Source: Azolla caroliniana
Taxonomy: Eukaryota; Plantae; Polypodiophyta
Assembly: GCA_043228905.1 (NCBI GenBank)
Contig: JBHGNT010000001.1
Location: 15,562,001-15,626,000 of the forward strand
Direction of reading: 5' to 3'
DNA: 64,000 nt
Position numbers and translations under genes: made by a program. The notes beneath the pieces are model-generated. The model saw only the letters and a list, made by a program, of their open reading frames with translations. It ran no database searches and had not been told where the DNA came from. Below, piece by piece: positions 22,712 through 35,900 of the stretch (positions are counted from its first letter, which is position 1; each line of letters begins with the position of its first letter).

Positions 22712-24493
22712 TTATGCCTTAAGAGTATACTTGTGTTCCCATGTGGCATCATCAATAGGTTTATCCATCCATTTGATCTTGAATAGCCGAATCTCTTTAG
22801 AACGTAAACGTTTAGTAGGAGAATCAAGAATTCGTTCAGGAACATGAGGTTCATAAGAAAAATCCTCGAATGTTACAAGATCTTGGATTGTGATGGTGTT
22901 ATCACCAGAGCCTAAAAATGGTTTTAGACGACTTACATGAAAAACAGGATGAATACCAACGTTATGGGGTAAGGCAAGGTGATAAGCGAATGACCCAACT
23001 CGCTTAAGGATTTCAAATGGGCCACAATATCGTGGGGCTAACTTAGCGCACTTGCCCGTAGACAATGACATAGAGTTAGTAGGGACACGCAAAAAAACTT
23101 TTTGACTAATAGTAATGCACGAGGACGTCTCTCCTGATCAACATAAGATCGAGCATGATCTTGAGCTGTCTTGACATTTTCTTTGGCAATATGCAACATT
23201 TGGTTCATGTCTTGCAAGAAATTGTGTGTACTGTCTAATGTATCACAGTGAATCGTGACATCGATTGGGGCACGTGGTTGAAAACCATACATTAACATAA
23301 AAGGACTATATCCATTGGATGTATGTTTAGAGCTATTATAAGCAAATTCTAAGATAGGAAGGTATTGCTTCCATGTAGAAGGGGTTTTTGCTACATAAGC
23401 TCAAAGCATGTCCTCAATAATTTGATTAACTCATTTAGTTTGTAATTTGGAAAGGTCGCCTTCGAGGGTAGGGTGCTAGTAACGACATCTTAACTAGATT
23501 CGGCTTTCGTCTAGTATTTTGAGAAATATCCGTCATCAAGGTATTTCCCTCGAAGGTGATCTAAAAGTTCAGATTTTATTTCCGTGAAGCAAAGCATGTT
23601 AACTTCTTTAATGCGACTAAGAGCATCTGCAACGGTGTTCATAGAACCCTCGTGATACCGTATGGAAAAATCAAAATCTTGCATAAGGTCAGCCCAACGG
23701 CCTTTACGACCAATAAGATCTTGTTGGTCACAAAAATACTTCAATGATTGATGGTCTATTGTAACCACAAATTTATTTCCATAGAGATAGTGCCACCATG
23801 TTTTAAGTGCATGTATTACCGCAAACAACTCTTTCTCTTGAACCGAATACCGATATTGAGCAACATCAAGCTTCTTACTTTCAAAAGCAATAGCATAATC
23901 ACTAGCATCGGTTTCAATTTAGAAAGGCTTAGAAGGGTCGGGTAATAGAAGAGTGGGAGCCTGACACACATGCTCTTTGAGTGTCTCAAATGATTTGTCA
24001 AGTTTTTCATTCCATGCAATTGGTTTAACAGACTTACGTGGATGACCTTTTAAAAGGTCAGTTAATGGCATAGTCAATTTGGAATAATTATGAATTGATT
24101 TTCGTAAAAATCCAACAAACCCTAAGAATGATCACAATTCACGAATATTACGAGGAATGGGCCAAAGTTCAACCTTTTGATATCGAGAAGGTTCAATTTC
24201 AACGCCATTTTCCGTAATTAAATGACCTAGGTACACAATAGATTGAATAAAATGTTTATAATTATTAAGTTCAAATGTGATCGAGTGACTAACCCAATCA
24301 ATGGACAAAGAAGGGTTTTTATTAAAAAACCATGGGTATCCTAAAATGACGTCTGCGGATTGTAGTTTCATAACATGAAAGTCTAGCTTCTCCAAATAGA
24401 TATCTATTTGAATTGGCAGTTGACAAACAATGCCACTGATGTATTGAACGCTTCCATTTGCCATGTGAACTTGACAAATATGATCACTTGCAT
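22712..24493 (-). pseudogene. pol: Chromovirus pol remnant: protease end, partial RT/RNase H, integrase GPY/F region and chromodomain
   Basis: DVILGYPW, IVYLGHLI, HYLYGNKFVVTIDHQSL, KLAPRYCGPF, PERILD...IKW...DATWE. Confidence 0.9.
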
Positions 24494-25242
24494 TGTCGTA
24501 CTGTAGTCCACACACTACATGAAAATGTAAAAATAATATATCCGATTTAAGTACATATATATAAATAAAAGAAAATATTAAAATATTTATTACATGCATA
24601 GGATAGGATTCAAACCCTGTACCTCCATGTAAATAAACTAGAACTTTACCATTATATTAACTTATCATAAGTGTTATAAATATAGATTTAATAGGTATAA
24701 GACTTTTATTTATGCCTATCTTTATTAAGAAGTAAATAATGCATTTTATTGAGTGCGTGAATACTTTATTTACAAGAAAAATATAAACCAATAAAAAAAA
24801 AACTCGTGCACATCTAGCGTGCATGAGCACTAGATTTAGGAAATAAAAGTATACTGGAAAAAGCAACTCATGCACATTTAGTGTCCATGAACACTTTAGA
24901 AAAAGGAGGAAGCTATGCTTAGTCTCTGCCATCCTTATTGTTGAGAATCAAGCTCAACTTGATCTAGTGTGTGAACTCACCTTGAGAGTGAATAGACACT
25001 CCAACGGCCATGAGTCACCATTATGTCACCACTTTGTATTCTAGCATTTAGTATGAATCATAGAATCATATTCTATGACACATAACTTATGAGCTTTCAC
25101 ATTCCCTATGCTCCATGAGTCTTGTAGTTAATGAAGAGAGAGGGTGATTATATAAAACACCCTCCTCCCACCTTGTATAATGTTGAGTCTTTCTCCTTTG
25201 TTAATATACTTTTACCTTGCGTATTCTCTGTGTCTTACTCCT

Positions 25243-25275
<33 letters not shown>

Positions 25276-25278
<3 letters not shown>

Positions 25279-27214
25279 CAGGGGTTTCCGTAGTGGCCCT
25301 AGCCCAATGCGGCTTCGCGTAGTGGCTTTCCGCCAACTCATCCTCTAGGGCCGTGTCCTCTAAGTGCGTCGTCCGCACTTCCACCGGCCTCTCCGGTTCC
25401 GGCTCCATCGAGAGCCTCTTCCGCTTCACCAAGTCCACGATGGAGTCGTGGAACTCCTTCTTGGCGATTCCCAGCACCTCACGTAATGACAACTCGACCT
25501 TGCTGTCGAGAATTCTCTCTTCTAGGACCTTCCGTAGGTCTGTTGTTCGTTCAATTTTGGTGCTTCGCTGGAAACTGGCCTGCTTCTTCTTCTCCGGCAT
25601 GCCGGTGTTGGCGGCCTCATTCGGCTTCGGTCCGAACCGGGTCTCATACCGCTGCGAGGGGCCGCCCCCTCCGGCCTTTCCCGCGCACTTGTCTTCTACC
25701 AGCACCTTGTAGTTTGGCATGTGGCTGCCACGAAGCCAATCTTTTCTTCCACCGAGTCCTCCCATCCGGTGACCTCCCGGATCCGCTGTTCCGCGCGTTC
25801 GACCTCTTCCTTCTTCAACCGTACTCCGGAGAGACCCTCTAGCACGAGCGGCCAGAATCCGGCGTCCATCGCTTTCCGGGCCTCATCACCCCCGACCCCC
25901 GACCCCCGACTCGGATTCCCGCCGATGCCGAGTAGTTAACGGCCTCCGCATGTCGTGCCGCGGCCTCTTCCATCAACTGCTTCATTCCGTCGCGCCCCGT
26001 ATTCAACTCTAGGGCTTTCCGGGTCTCGCTCGCGTGCACCCGCCCATTCCAGAGGTACACCACGTTGGTCCTGAGTGCCTTGGCGAAATCCGCACATTCT
26101 TTTTGGATGTGGCGGGCTGCGTCGCACCACATGCACCGCTGCCCCGCCGGCGGCCTTCGGTCACGAGATTGTTCGCCGCTGTCCCTCCGGGTCTGTGCGA
26201 TTTGGAGATCTCGCACCATCTGCGACAGCTATTCTAGAGCCGCACCTCCGGAGGGACCTTTGACCACTCCGCTCGGGGCTGAGCCCGTCTCAAGCCAAGT
26301 CCGAGTTTTTTCCTCGAGCTCCCTCGCTGGGACCGTCCTTGCCGCCGACGAGCCCTCGTCGTTCCACTCGTGCCGCTTGTCGAAACGACCGCAGACCCTC
26401 CTTACCATGGCCCAGTCTGTCGTGAGCCCTTCATCCGTTTCCAACAGGAGACCCACCTTCTCCCGGTCCATGGCGTCCACCGACTTGACGAATTGTAGTA
26501 CCCGTTTGTGTTGAGCACGGTCTGGACCAGCGTTGACAGCCGTGCGAACCGTTTCTCGAACTCCTAGAGGAGCGCCGGCGTGTTCCTCCCCTTCCCAGGG
26601 CTCTCAACCCATGCCATGAACTCTCGCTTTGACAGCCGAAGCGAGTCATCGAACCCATACATCTCGAGGAGCCGCAGCTCGAACTCCTCCCAAGTCTAGC
26701 ATCCGGCTAGCACCTCGAGCACCTCTACGTGGATGCTCAGCGTCACCACCCGAGGGAATCCGGACAACCGCTTGTCCACCGAGATATCCCTCATGATCAT
26801 TTCGGCCTGGTAGGCCTCCAAGTAGCTCGTGGCATTCTTCCCACCGAATCGACCTATGGCACCGACGATTGACTCAATGGCCCTGTTGAGGGCACCCGTT
26901 CCCTCGCGAGCGCTCACTAGCCGGTTGATGTCTACGACCATAGCTTCAGCAAGCTCGGATCCCCTCATTCTTCACTCCTTTGCTGCCTGTTTCACGTCGG
27001 GTTCACCAAATATGTCAAGTTGTTACACTCTTCGCGTGTGGAAAGAGGCAGGACTGCGGGGGCCTTGAACCAAGGAGCGTGAGAGAGAAGAGAGAGAGAG
27101 AGAGAGTAGCTTGCGGAAACACACAAGGGGGGAAGAGAGAGAGAGAGCAAAGTCTTAATTACAAATTCAATAACGATTACAACCGGCAAGCCGGCAACGG
27201 ACCTAACTCAGGCG

Positions 27215-27256
<42 letters not shown>

Positions 27257-27690
27257 GCTCATGCACGCACACAACCCGACTGCACTGTGGAACCTTTGCC
27301 GGAAGCACACGGGCTGTCCATGAAGCAGAGGCAACTCAGTCCCAAAATCCTGCAGCAAATGACGAACAATGGAGGAGAGAGCTCGGTCCCAGTCCGACAA
27401 CGCTTCCTCCTCGCTCCCTAAATGCGATACCTTCATCTTCCTTCTTCCTTCCCTTTTATAGGCCGTCGAGGCAGGCCATTGCACCCTCGTTTTCATCCAT
27501 TTATTCTCTGTCCTTTCGGACAGAGATACTCCTTGATTTCCTAGACATTCAATGCGTCACATCTAGTCTATTTACACCCACCGTCCTACTCCTAGTTATG
27601 TACAAGCTATTAATTGGTGTGGAAAAGTGTAGAGTTGGTTCATGCGACCTGCTTCGCCGATTTCGCTTCTGGCCGGTTTTCTTCACGACA
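25276..27690 (-). mobile_element. 5' fragment (LTR, PBS, gag) of a second tRNA-Trp Gypsy nested in the Copia
   Basis: PBS TGGTGAACCCGACGTGAA on minus strand at 26991-27008; LTR ~27013-27690; gag peptides CMWCD..H...C and LEERILDSKVELSLREVLGIAKKEFHD paralogous to 31840-32808. Confidence 0.85.
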
Positions 27691-27699
27691 ACACGCAGA

Positions 27700-30252
27700 A
27701 GAAGAGAGATCCGGATGTTCGTTCTCGATTCACATGAGATGAAATCCGCCATGTTCGCAAAAACCACGAAAGTTGACTTCGACATAGAGCTATGGCACAA
27801 GCGAATTGGCCACATGAATCTCAACAAACTCAAAGCAATGAAATCGAAAGGAGTCGTCATTGGACTCTTGACATTCAAAGAGAAGGAGATTGAAGGTGTA
27901 TGCAAAGCGTGCCAATTTGGCAAGCAACACCGACACCCATTCCCGAAAGAACTAAATGTGAGCAAAGGTCTACTTGACGTAGTCAATTCCAACGTATGGG
28001 GTCCGGCTCAGACGGCGACATTCGGCAGAAGCCGATACTACGTGACCTTCATCAACGATGTCTCTAGGCACACTTGGAGCTATTCGATGCGGCAAAAGAG
28101 CAAAGTGTTCGGACACTTCTAAAAATTCAAGAATGAAGTTGAGAAAGCCATGGGCCGTCATGTACGATGCCTTCGATCGGATGGCGGCAAGGAGTACTTC
28201 TCGGACGATTTCACGGCGTATCTCTGAAAGGAAGGAATTCGGCGAGAATTCACTTGCCGACACACTTCGCAACAAAACGGAGTAGCTGAGCGCAAAAATC
28301 CGCACATCCTTGAAGTAGCACAGGCCATGATGAACGAGACGCATATGCCCAAGTCATATTGGGCCGAAGTTGCGAATACGGTCGTCTATCTCATGAATCG
28401 GTGTACGACATCGGGTGTGCACGAACTTACTCTGCACGAGAAGTTCTTCGGAAAGAAGCCAGACCTTGCATGTTCGGATATTCGGCTCCATTGCATACGT
28501 GCACATCCTCGACGAGAAGCGTCAAAAGTTTGACCCGAAGTCGGAGAAATGTATCCTCGTAGGATACTCACTAGAGCAAAAGGGGTACAAGTGCTACAAC
28601 CCCTCAACTCGAAAATCTCGAGTAAGTCGAGACGTCGTTTTTGACGAGTTTGCATCCTGGTACGCACCAAAGACAACTTCAACTCCGGCTCCGCTTGACC
28701 CGGAATCCGCCGAACAAGAGATAGAGGATGAAGATCGCCTTACGCGCATGTTTGAAGAAAGTTGGATCATGACCTGACTGAGCGGACCACAAGAGCCTTT
28801 AAGCGATCAAAGAACATCATGGCCTACCCCGAAGATGGACAAAGGCGAGGCGAAAATGATGGAATACGAAGACAATCACTTCGACGACGATGAGTCGACT
28901 CACTCACTTGACAATGAGTTTGGCGGCTTCGATGTACCAATCAAAGCTAAGAAAGCCCTGATCTTTGCAAATGAAAAGCTCTGTCTCTCCACCCTGAAAA
29001 GAATCCGGTCAACCGATTCGGCTACAACGACTACATGGCATATCACTATGCCTTTATGATGAGTGTGGCGACAGTACGCGAGCCAGAAACATTTTCCGAA
29101 GCAGCCAAGGATCCACGATGGATCGAAGCCATGAACGAGGAGATGCATGCATTATGCAAGAACGAGACGTGGGATCTTGTTTCCACCTCACCACACAAAA
29201 AGACGATCGGATGCAGATGGATTTACAAAGTGAAGTACAACGCCGACGGTTTCGTCAACCGCTACAAAGTGCGACTCGTAGCGAAAGGCTACACCCAAAC
29301 GCATGGAGTTGACTAAAAGGAGACCTTTGCCCCGATGGCAAAGATGATGACGGTACGGACCATAATTGTGCTTGCTGCGGCGAAAGGGTGGCACCTCCAT
29401 CAAATGGACGTCAAGAACACCTTTCTACAAGGCGAATTAGAAGACGAGGTGTACATGATACAACCACCCCACATCAACTCGAGCACCCATCCGAAAGCTG
29501 TATGCCGACTCAAGAAGCCACTCTACGGCCTCAAGCAAGCACCGCGTGCTTGGCATTCGAAGATAACGCAATATCTTCATCAAATCAGCTTCCGTATGTC
29601 AAAATCGGACAACTCCCTCTACATACGAAGCGATTTCGCAAGTCCGATCGTCATCATCTTATATGTGGATGACCTAGTCATTAGAGATGCGCATCTCATC
29701 GAAATCAATAAGGTCAAATCCCTCCTTTCCGACAAGTTCGAGATGACGGACATGAAGGAGCTCCACTACTTCCTCGACATCGAGGTAATTCGGACTCCGG
29801 CCGGAATCATGATCTCTCAACGGCACTACATCCTCAACTTGTTATACAAGTTCGAGATGGTTGAGCGCAAATCCGCTGCAACCCCGCTCGATCGCAATCT
29901 CAAACTAGATGCAAACTCCGACACCAAAGCGTGTGAGCCGACTCAGTATCAGCAACTCATCGGGAGTCTCATCTACTTCACGATCACACGACCCGATCTC
30001 AGTTATCCGGTCGGTCTCCTTAGCCAATTCATGCAAACATTGCGTGATACTCACTTGGATTGTGCTAAGCGAGTTCTACGATATGTGAGCGGCACAATGG
30101 ATTGTGACATCCTCTACAAGATTGTGATGCCAATACGACTCGAGGGGTACACAAACGCCGATTGGACCGGCTACAAAGCCGATAGAAAATCAACCTCCGG
30201 ATTTGTTTTCTCCCTCGGCAGTGGAGCAATATCCTGGAGCAGCAAAAAGTAA
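27700..30252 (+). pseudogene. pol: Copia pol remnant (GAG-pre-integrase, integrase, RT, start of RNase H)
   Basis: LWHKRIGH, C..CQFGKQ, HQMDVKNTFLQG, LKKPLYGLKQAPRAW, LYVDDL, ISWSSKK. Confidence 0.93.
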
Positions 30253-31140
30253 CCACGCAACGAAGCCGCGAAGAAAGACGCAAGCCAAAGCACAGACTTC
30301 GCAACTACGTACAACGCAAGCTGGAGCACGGATTCCGCAACTCCGCAAAAATGCGAGTCGGTGCAAGTCGACGCGGACTCCGGAATGCGAGTCGAAGCGG
30401 ATTTCGGATACTGTTTGAAACCGACCCGACTTGAGCTTGAGGGGGCGTGTTGAGAATCAAGCTCAACTTGGTCTAGTGTGTGAACTCACCTTGAGAGTGA
30501 ATAGACATTCCAACGGCCAAGAGTCACCATTATGTCACCACTTTGTATTCTAGCATTTAGTATGAGTCATAGAATCATATTCTATGACACATAACTTATG
30601 AGCTTTCACATTCCCCATGCTCCATGAATCTTGTAGATAATGAAGAGAGAGGGTGACTATATAAAGCACCCTCCTCCCACCTTGTATAATGTTGAGTCTT
30701 TCTCCTTTGTTAATATACTTTGACCTTGCGTATTCTCTGTGTCTTACTCCTTGTCTCTCTCACTCACTCACTCTCTCTCTCTCTCTCTCTCTCTCATACA
30801 CACACAATTCATATCTATTCCGCTACACAAGAATCATACCCGATTCTTTACACTTATATAAGGAGGAGAGAAAGATGTATATGGGGGTTGATTATTTTGT
30901 AAGGATTGACCAATATAATATATTTGTGGGATTCACGAATTTGTGATCTAAATTGTTTCTTACTATCTAAATATTGATTAAATATACTAAACTCGTGGGA
31001 TTCACAAGATTCATAACTTACCTCTCTTTCTACCTATTCATTACTAGCCTTATCTTATATTCATCTTTCTCCTAGTCCAAAACCTCAGTGGTTCCCACCT
31101 GACTCACGCAATGATTTGGAGCCGAAAGGCACTACACAAG

Positions 31141-31158
31141 TGGTGAACCCGACGTGAA
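31141..31158 (+). promoter_or_regulatory. Primer-binding site complementary to the tRNA-Trp 3' end
   Basis: TGGTGAACCCGACGTGAA is the reverse complement of the recalled plant tRNA-Trp end TTCACGTCGGGTTCACCA; 4 nt after the LTR. Confidence 0.85.
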
Positions 31159-31218
31159 ACCGGGTGGCAAGGAGTTGGAAATTCAACTAGAGGCTAACAA
31201 CATGATGGCGATGTTCGA

Positions 31219-32905
31219 GTGGATGCTACAAGAACAACACGCGATGTAGGAGATTGCGGCGTAGTAGAGCGGCTCGTGCAACGGAACGAGCAATTCAATG
31301 GGAAAGATGTGTCATGGTATTTGCGAGATTACAAGGCAGAAATGATACGGTGCGGAATTTTGGAAGGATTACAAGTGACATCCTTCAACCGGGTGGCAAC
31401 CGACGGTCTTCAAGGGAGTATCCATGGGATACGACAACAGAATCCGACATGGAAAGCATTTGAAGAGGCCCTAAAGACCACGTTCGCCATCGAGGACTCC
31501 AAGGCAACGAGGAGAGCATTCGAAGATTGGGTGGAAATGCCAGACAAAGGGATGAAGGTCCTCGATGTGATTTCGGCATTCGAAAGTCGGTTTGGGAGGT
31601 TGTCAATGAGAGATCATGCTATCCTCGCACCAGACAAAGTGATCATGTTCCTACGAGCCGTGGACGTCCAGGACCGGAAAGATCTTAGAGTGCTTCTGGA
31701 GGACACGACCACCAAGAGTGGCCTCACCGATACATGGGATAAGGTGTGAGATATCGTCGCACGATACAAAAAGAGGGGGCAATGGCTTGCTAACGAAGAA
31801 AAGAGGGTTTCAGAACCGATTCCGAAACTGAGATCCGGATTGGAAGACCATCAACCGCGGGCTCAAGAGACTATGACCGAGAAGGGAATCCACGCAACCA
31901 TGGTGGAGCAGTTGCTGAAGGAGATGGAGAATCTAAACATCGCAACGGTGAAGAAGTCGGATGACCGTCCCACAAGTTCCAAGTATATGGACCGTCGGTG
32001 TATATGGTGTGATAGCACCGAACATGATCGGAGGGATTGCGACGAGCACAAGAAGGCGTTACGACGAGATCTTATTTACTACAAGGGAAATCTGATTCAT
32101 TCAATGGACTCTCGGAAGCCATTCCGACCGAACTTCCAGAAAGGCGGCATGAAGAAGGTCCTAGAGGAGGAAATAGCGGCGAAAGGTAATTATGCGACAA
32201 CCGCGGGAATAAGTGTGGGTGAGTCATTGGGAGCAAAGGCGTCTTTTTGGCTGGATGTGCTAGAAAACCCCGAGAAAACCGGAGATTTGAAGCACCGCGG
32301 AAGGCATCCGTGAAGCTACGGGATGGGAGTGCCTTGTCCATAAGAATAACAATACGCCCTATGTCAATTGCATGAAGTGTATATAGACAAGAAACGACGG
32401 TGCATGGATGATGCGGCCGGACCATCGAAGACACCGGAAAGCTGGAACTCTGAAGGGAAGGGAAAAGAAAATACGATTCCGGCATTCAAGCTCACCTCGG
32501 ACATAGAACAACAAATGGACTTGAAAAAGGTGTTCGAGGAGAGAATCCTCGATAGCCGGGTAGAATTTTCGCTTCAAGAATTACTCGGAATAGAGAAGAA
32601 GGAGTTCCATGATCTTCTTATGGATCTCATGAAGAGGAAAAGACAAAGTACGAAGGAAAATGCTCCAAGGGTGAATGCAAATACCGTTTTAACGAATGAC
32701 ACCGAATTGGAGGATGAAATTCCTACCTCCCACTACACAAGGCCACATTGGGCACGTGCAACTACGGAGACTCCGGTCCGAATCAGCAACATCAAAGGCC
32801 CGTGCTAGCATTGATTGATCACGGATCGGAGATCAACTTGATGTCGAAGGAGTTCTATCGGAACGGGAAGTGGCCTATTAACACTAATCATGGATGGAAG
32901 ATCCG
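31219..32905 (+). pseudogene. gag: gag and protease start of the Trp-Gypsy (continues 37979-38281)
   Basis: FNGKDVS.YL, CIWCDSTEHDRRDC knuckle, ALIDHGSEINLM; resumes after the Copia with VILGQPF and ends MDF*. Confidence 0.85.
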
Positions 32906-35900
32906 TGTTGAGAGACAAGCTCAACATTTGTGCGTAATCCGATGCGTAAAACCGGTACGCAGACCGGTGCGTAGGAAGGCCGTATCAGTGCGTAGACTGA
33001 AAGGCCGTTAAAAAGATATTCCTCGTAAGGAATAGTTTTGGGAGTAAGTGTCGAGGCTCATTTATGAGCAGTCAAGTATTGTCAGTACTTGTGTCAGCCC
33101 ATTGTCAGGGCTTGTATAAAAGTGCTCATTGAGCACATCCTATGTACAGATTGAGTATTATCTTTTTGAATTAAGTTCTAGTGTTTACTCTCTCTCTATC
33201 TCTCCTGTGCGTACTGTGCAAACCTAAGTTTTCCATTAAACCTGCGTTTTCTGTTGTTCGGTTTTCCTATATTGCTTCCGCACGCCATTCTTTTCATGGT
33301 ATCAGAGCGCGAGGGTTGAGAACCTCAGCAGCTGACTTTGCTTGAAGGAGAAACCAACGAAGAAGAACAAGAAAACCGATGGATAGAGGATTGGCTAGCT
33401 CGCTTCCAACGGAGAAGCTCGACAGAACCAACTACGCATCTTGGTCCTACAAGATGCACCAATACCTGCTCAGACACGGTTACTGGAGCTATGTCAATGG
33501 AGCAAATGACACATCACCCGATTCGACACACAAAGACTTCCCAGCGTGGGAACAATCAGCGAGCAGAGTGTTGTACTGTTTCACGTCTTGTGTGGGCGAG
33601 CAACTGTTAAGCTACATTCGGGATGCAAAAACGCCGAAGGGTGCGTGGGAAAATCTGAAGAAGATCTTCGCCGCGAGCACCATAGCCAGGAAGCTTCAGC
33701 TTCGACAGGAGTTGAGCAACCTACGGCAACGCGATTTGTTAGTGGCTGACTATACCTCGAGGATTAAGAACATATGTGACTCCTTAGCTTCCATCGATGT
33801 GAACATTGAGGAAAGAGAGATGGTCTAGGTTTGTCTCGGGGGTTTGGCGTCGATGTTCGGGGCGTTCTGAACTGCTATGTGTACCCGAGAGACTACACCG
33901 TCCTTTTTCGACTTACAGTCGATGCTCCTGGTAGAGGAGAACCACGCGGGTGCGTCAACAAGCATGCACACCGACAACAAGATGTTGTACACGGAGGGAG
34001 ATAGGCCCCGTGGTCGTGGCGGATGAGGCGAGTCGGTATGCAATGGAGGCGGCCGACGGGATCAAGGAAGAAGGCACCGAACTGATGCCGACATCAATTC
34101 CAGACCCTCCGGAAACAGGGGGAGTTGAGGCGACGAGAACCGGCAAGGGAAATCCACCGCGGAATGCTGGTACTGTGGCAAGAAAGGCCACAGGGAGAGT
34201 GAGTGCTGGAAAAAATGCGCCGATTCGGAGAGAACCGGGTCCGGAACAGGTTCCGGACAGACCGAGAAAGGAAATCAGCAACGATCGCACTACGCCGAAG
34301 TATCCGGAGAACCCGGAAAAGGGTCAGCCTTCGTGACGAGACACGAAGCAAACTCAATGAAGCAGACCACCCTGAAATTGGATGAGGTGTGGTACGTCGA
34401 CTCCGGCGCGTCAAATCACATGATGAGCCATAAGGAGTGGTTCTCGTACCTAGAAAAACCGATGCAACCGGGAGTAGTCGCAACCGGAGAAGACACTCCG
34501 CATCCGATCACGAATGTCGGAGAAGTTCCCCTGAGCCATGTCGGGCAGAAAGGGAAACTCATGAATGTGCTACACATTCCGAAAATCACGAAGAACTTGG
34601 TGTCCGTCGAACAGATCGTCGACCAAGGGATGGAGGTCCGGTTTACGCACCTCGGGTGCTTCATTGAGGAAGAAGGCCGTATTACTACGCAAGGGCGCAG
34701 ACATGGGAGGATGTTTATCCTCGACTCTACTGACCGTGGCACCGCAATGTTCACGAAGGGACAAAAAGTCAAGTCAGACATCGACTTATGGCACAAGCGG
34801 ATAGGCCACGTCAACTACCAGCGGCTGCAAGACCTGCAAACAAAACAAGTGGTGTTCAGATTGCCCAAATTTAGTGGCCGGAAGTCACAAATTTGTGAAG
34901 CCTACCAGCTTGGGAAGCAACACCGACTTCCTTTCCCCAACGAGCGTAACCGGAGCCGGAACAAGCTCGACTTGATACACTCTGATGTGTGGGGGCCGAC
35001 ACAAAATGTTAGTCTTGGCGGGAGCCGATATTTTGTCTCCTTCATCGACGACTACATGCGGCACACGTGGATCTACCTCATTGAGAGGAAAAGTGAAGTC
35101 TTCGACTGTTTCTGGAACCTCAAAGGGTTCGTGGAAACAGAAACAGGAAGAAAGATCAAGTGCCTACGGTCGGATGGCGGAAAAGAATACTTTTCCGGTC
35201 AATTTAACGGTTATCTACAACAGATGGGAATTCGGCACGAATTCAGTTGTAGATACACGCTGGAGCAAAACAACGTGGCCGAGAGGAAAAATCGGTCGGT
35301 TGTGGAAGCGGCACGGGCAATGCTGAAGGAGAAGAGCTTGCCCAAGCTCTACTGGGCCAAGGCGGTAAGGACCGCGGTATACATCCAGAACTGGATCGGA
35401 GAAAAAGTGTTGGCGCACGAGCTTTACTTCGGAATGAAGCCGAACTTGCGACACTCACAAGTTTTCGGTAGCATTGCGTATGTGCATGTGCCGAAGGAGA
35501 AAAGGAGGAAGTTGGATGCAAAAGCCGAGATGTGTATCTTGGTCGGCTATTCGGATGAGCAGATGGGTTATAAGTGCTATAACCCGCGTACCAAACAGGC
35601 GTGCGTGAGCCGTGACGTTGTGTTTGATGAGTCCGCGTCCTCGTACTTGCCTTCGACTCCGGACCTCACCTCCAGTCCGAGTTCTGACGATGAGGACAGC
35701 GAAGCCGAGGTGCCTCCGGCTGAGCCTGAAATCAGGACCCCTGAATAGAGTCCGATTTCGTTTCGGTTATGTGGACCGAATGGACGATTGAGTCGGTACG
35801 ACCAGTCCGATGAAGAGCCGGCGAGTAGTGGAGAATCGGTCGTGCATTCCCCACATAGGAAGCCGAGGAGACGGCTTACATGCAAAGAGAAAGGGAAGAA

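Larger units (their letters stand above)
24939..30852 (+). mobile_element. Ty1/Copia element inserted in the 5' LTR of the Trp-Gypsy; gag deleted and RNase H truncated
   Basis: TSD CTTAT (single copy in the intact LTR at ~42071); 5' LTR 24939-~25275 truncated at (TC)n; 3' LTR 30448-30852 after PPT TTGAGGGGGCG. Confidence 0.93.

Noticed and set aside
26980-28122. 380-aa ORF as a novel fusion protein
   Set aside because: Chance read-through of an antisense LTR with (GA)n and (CA)n microsatellites into Copia pol
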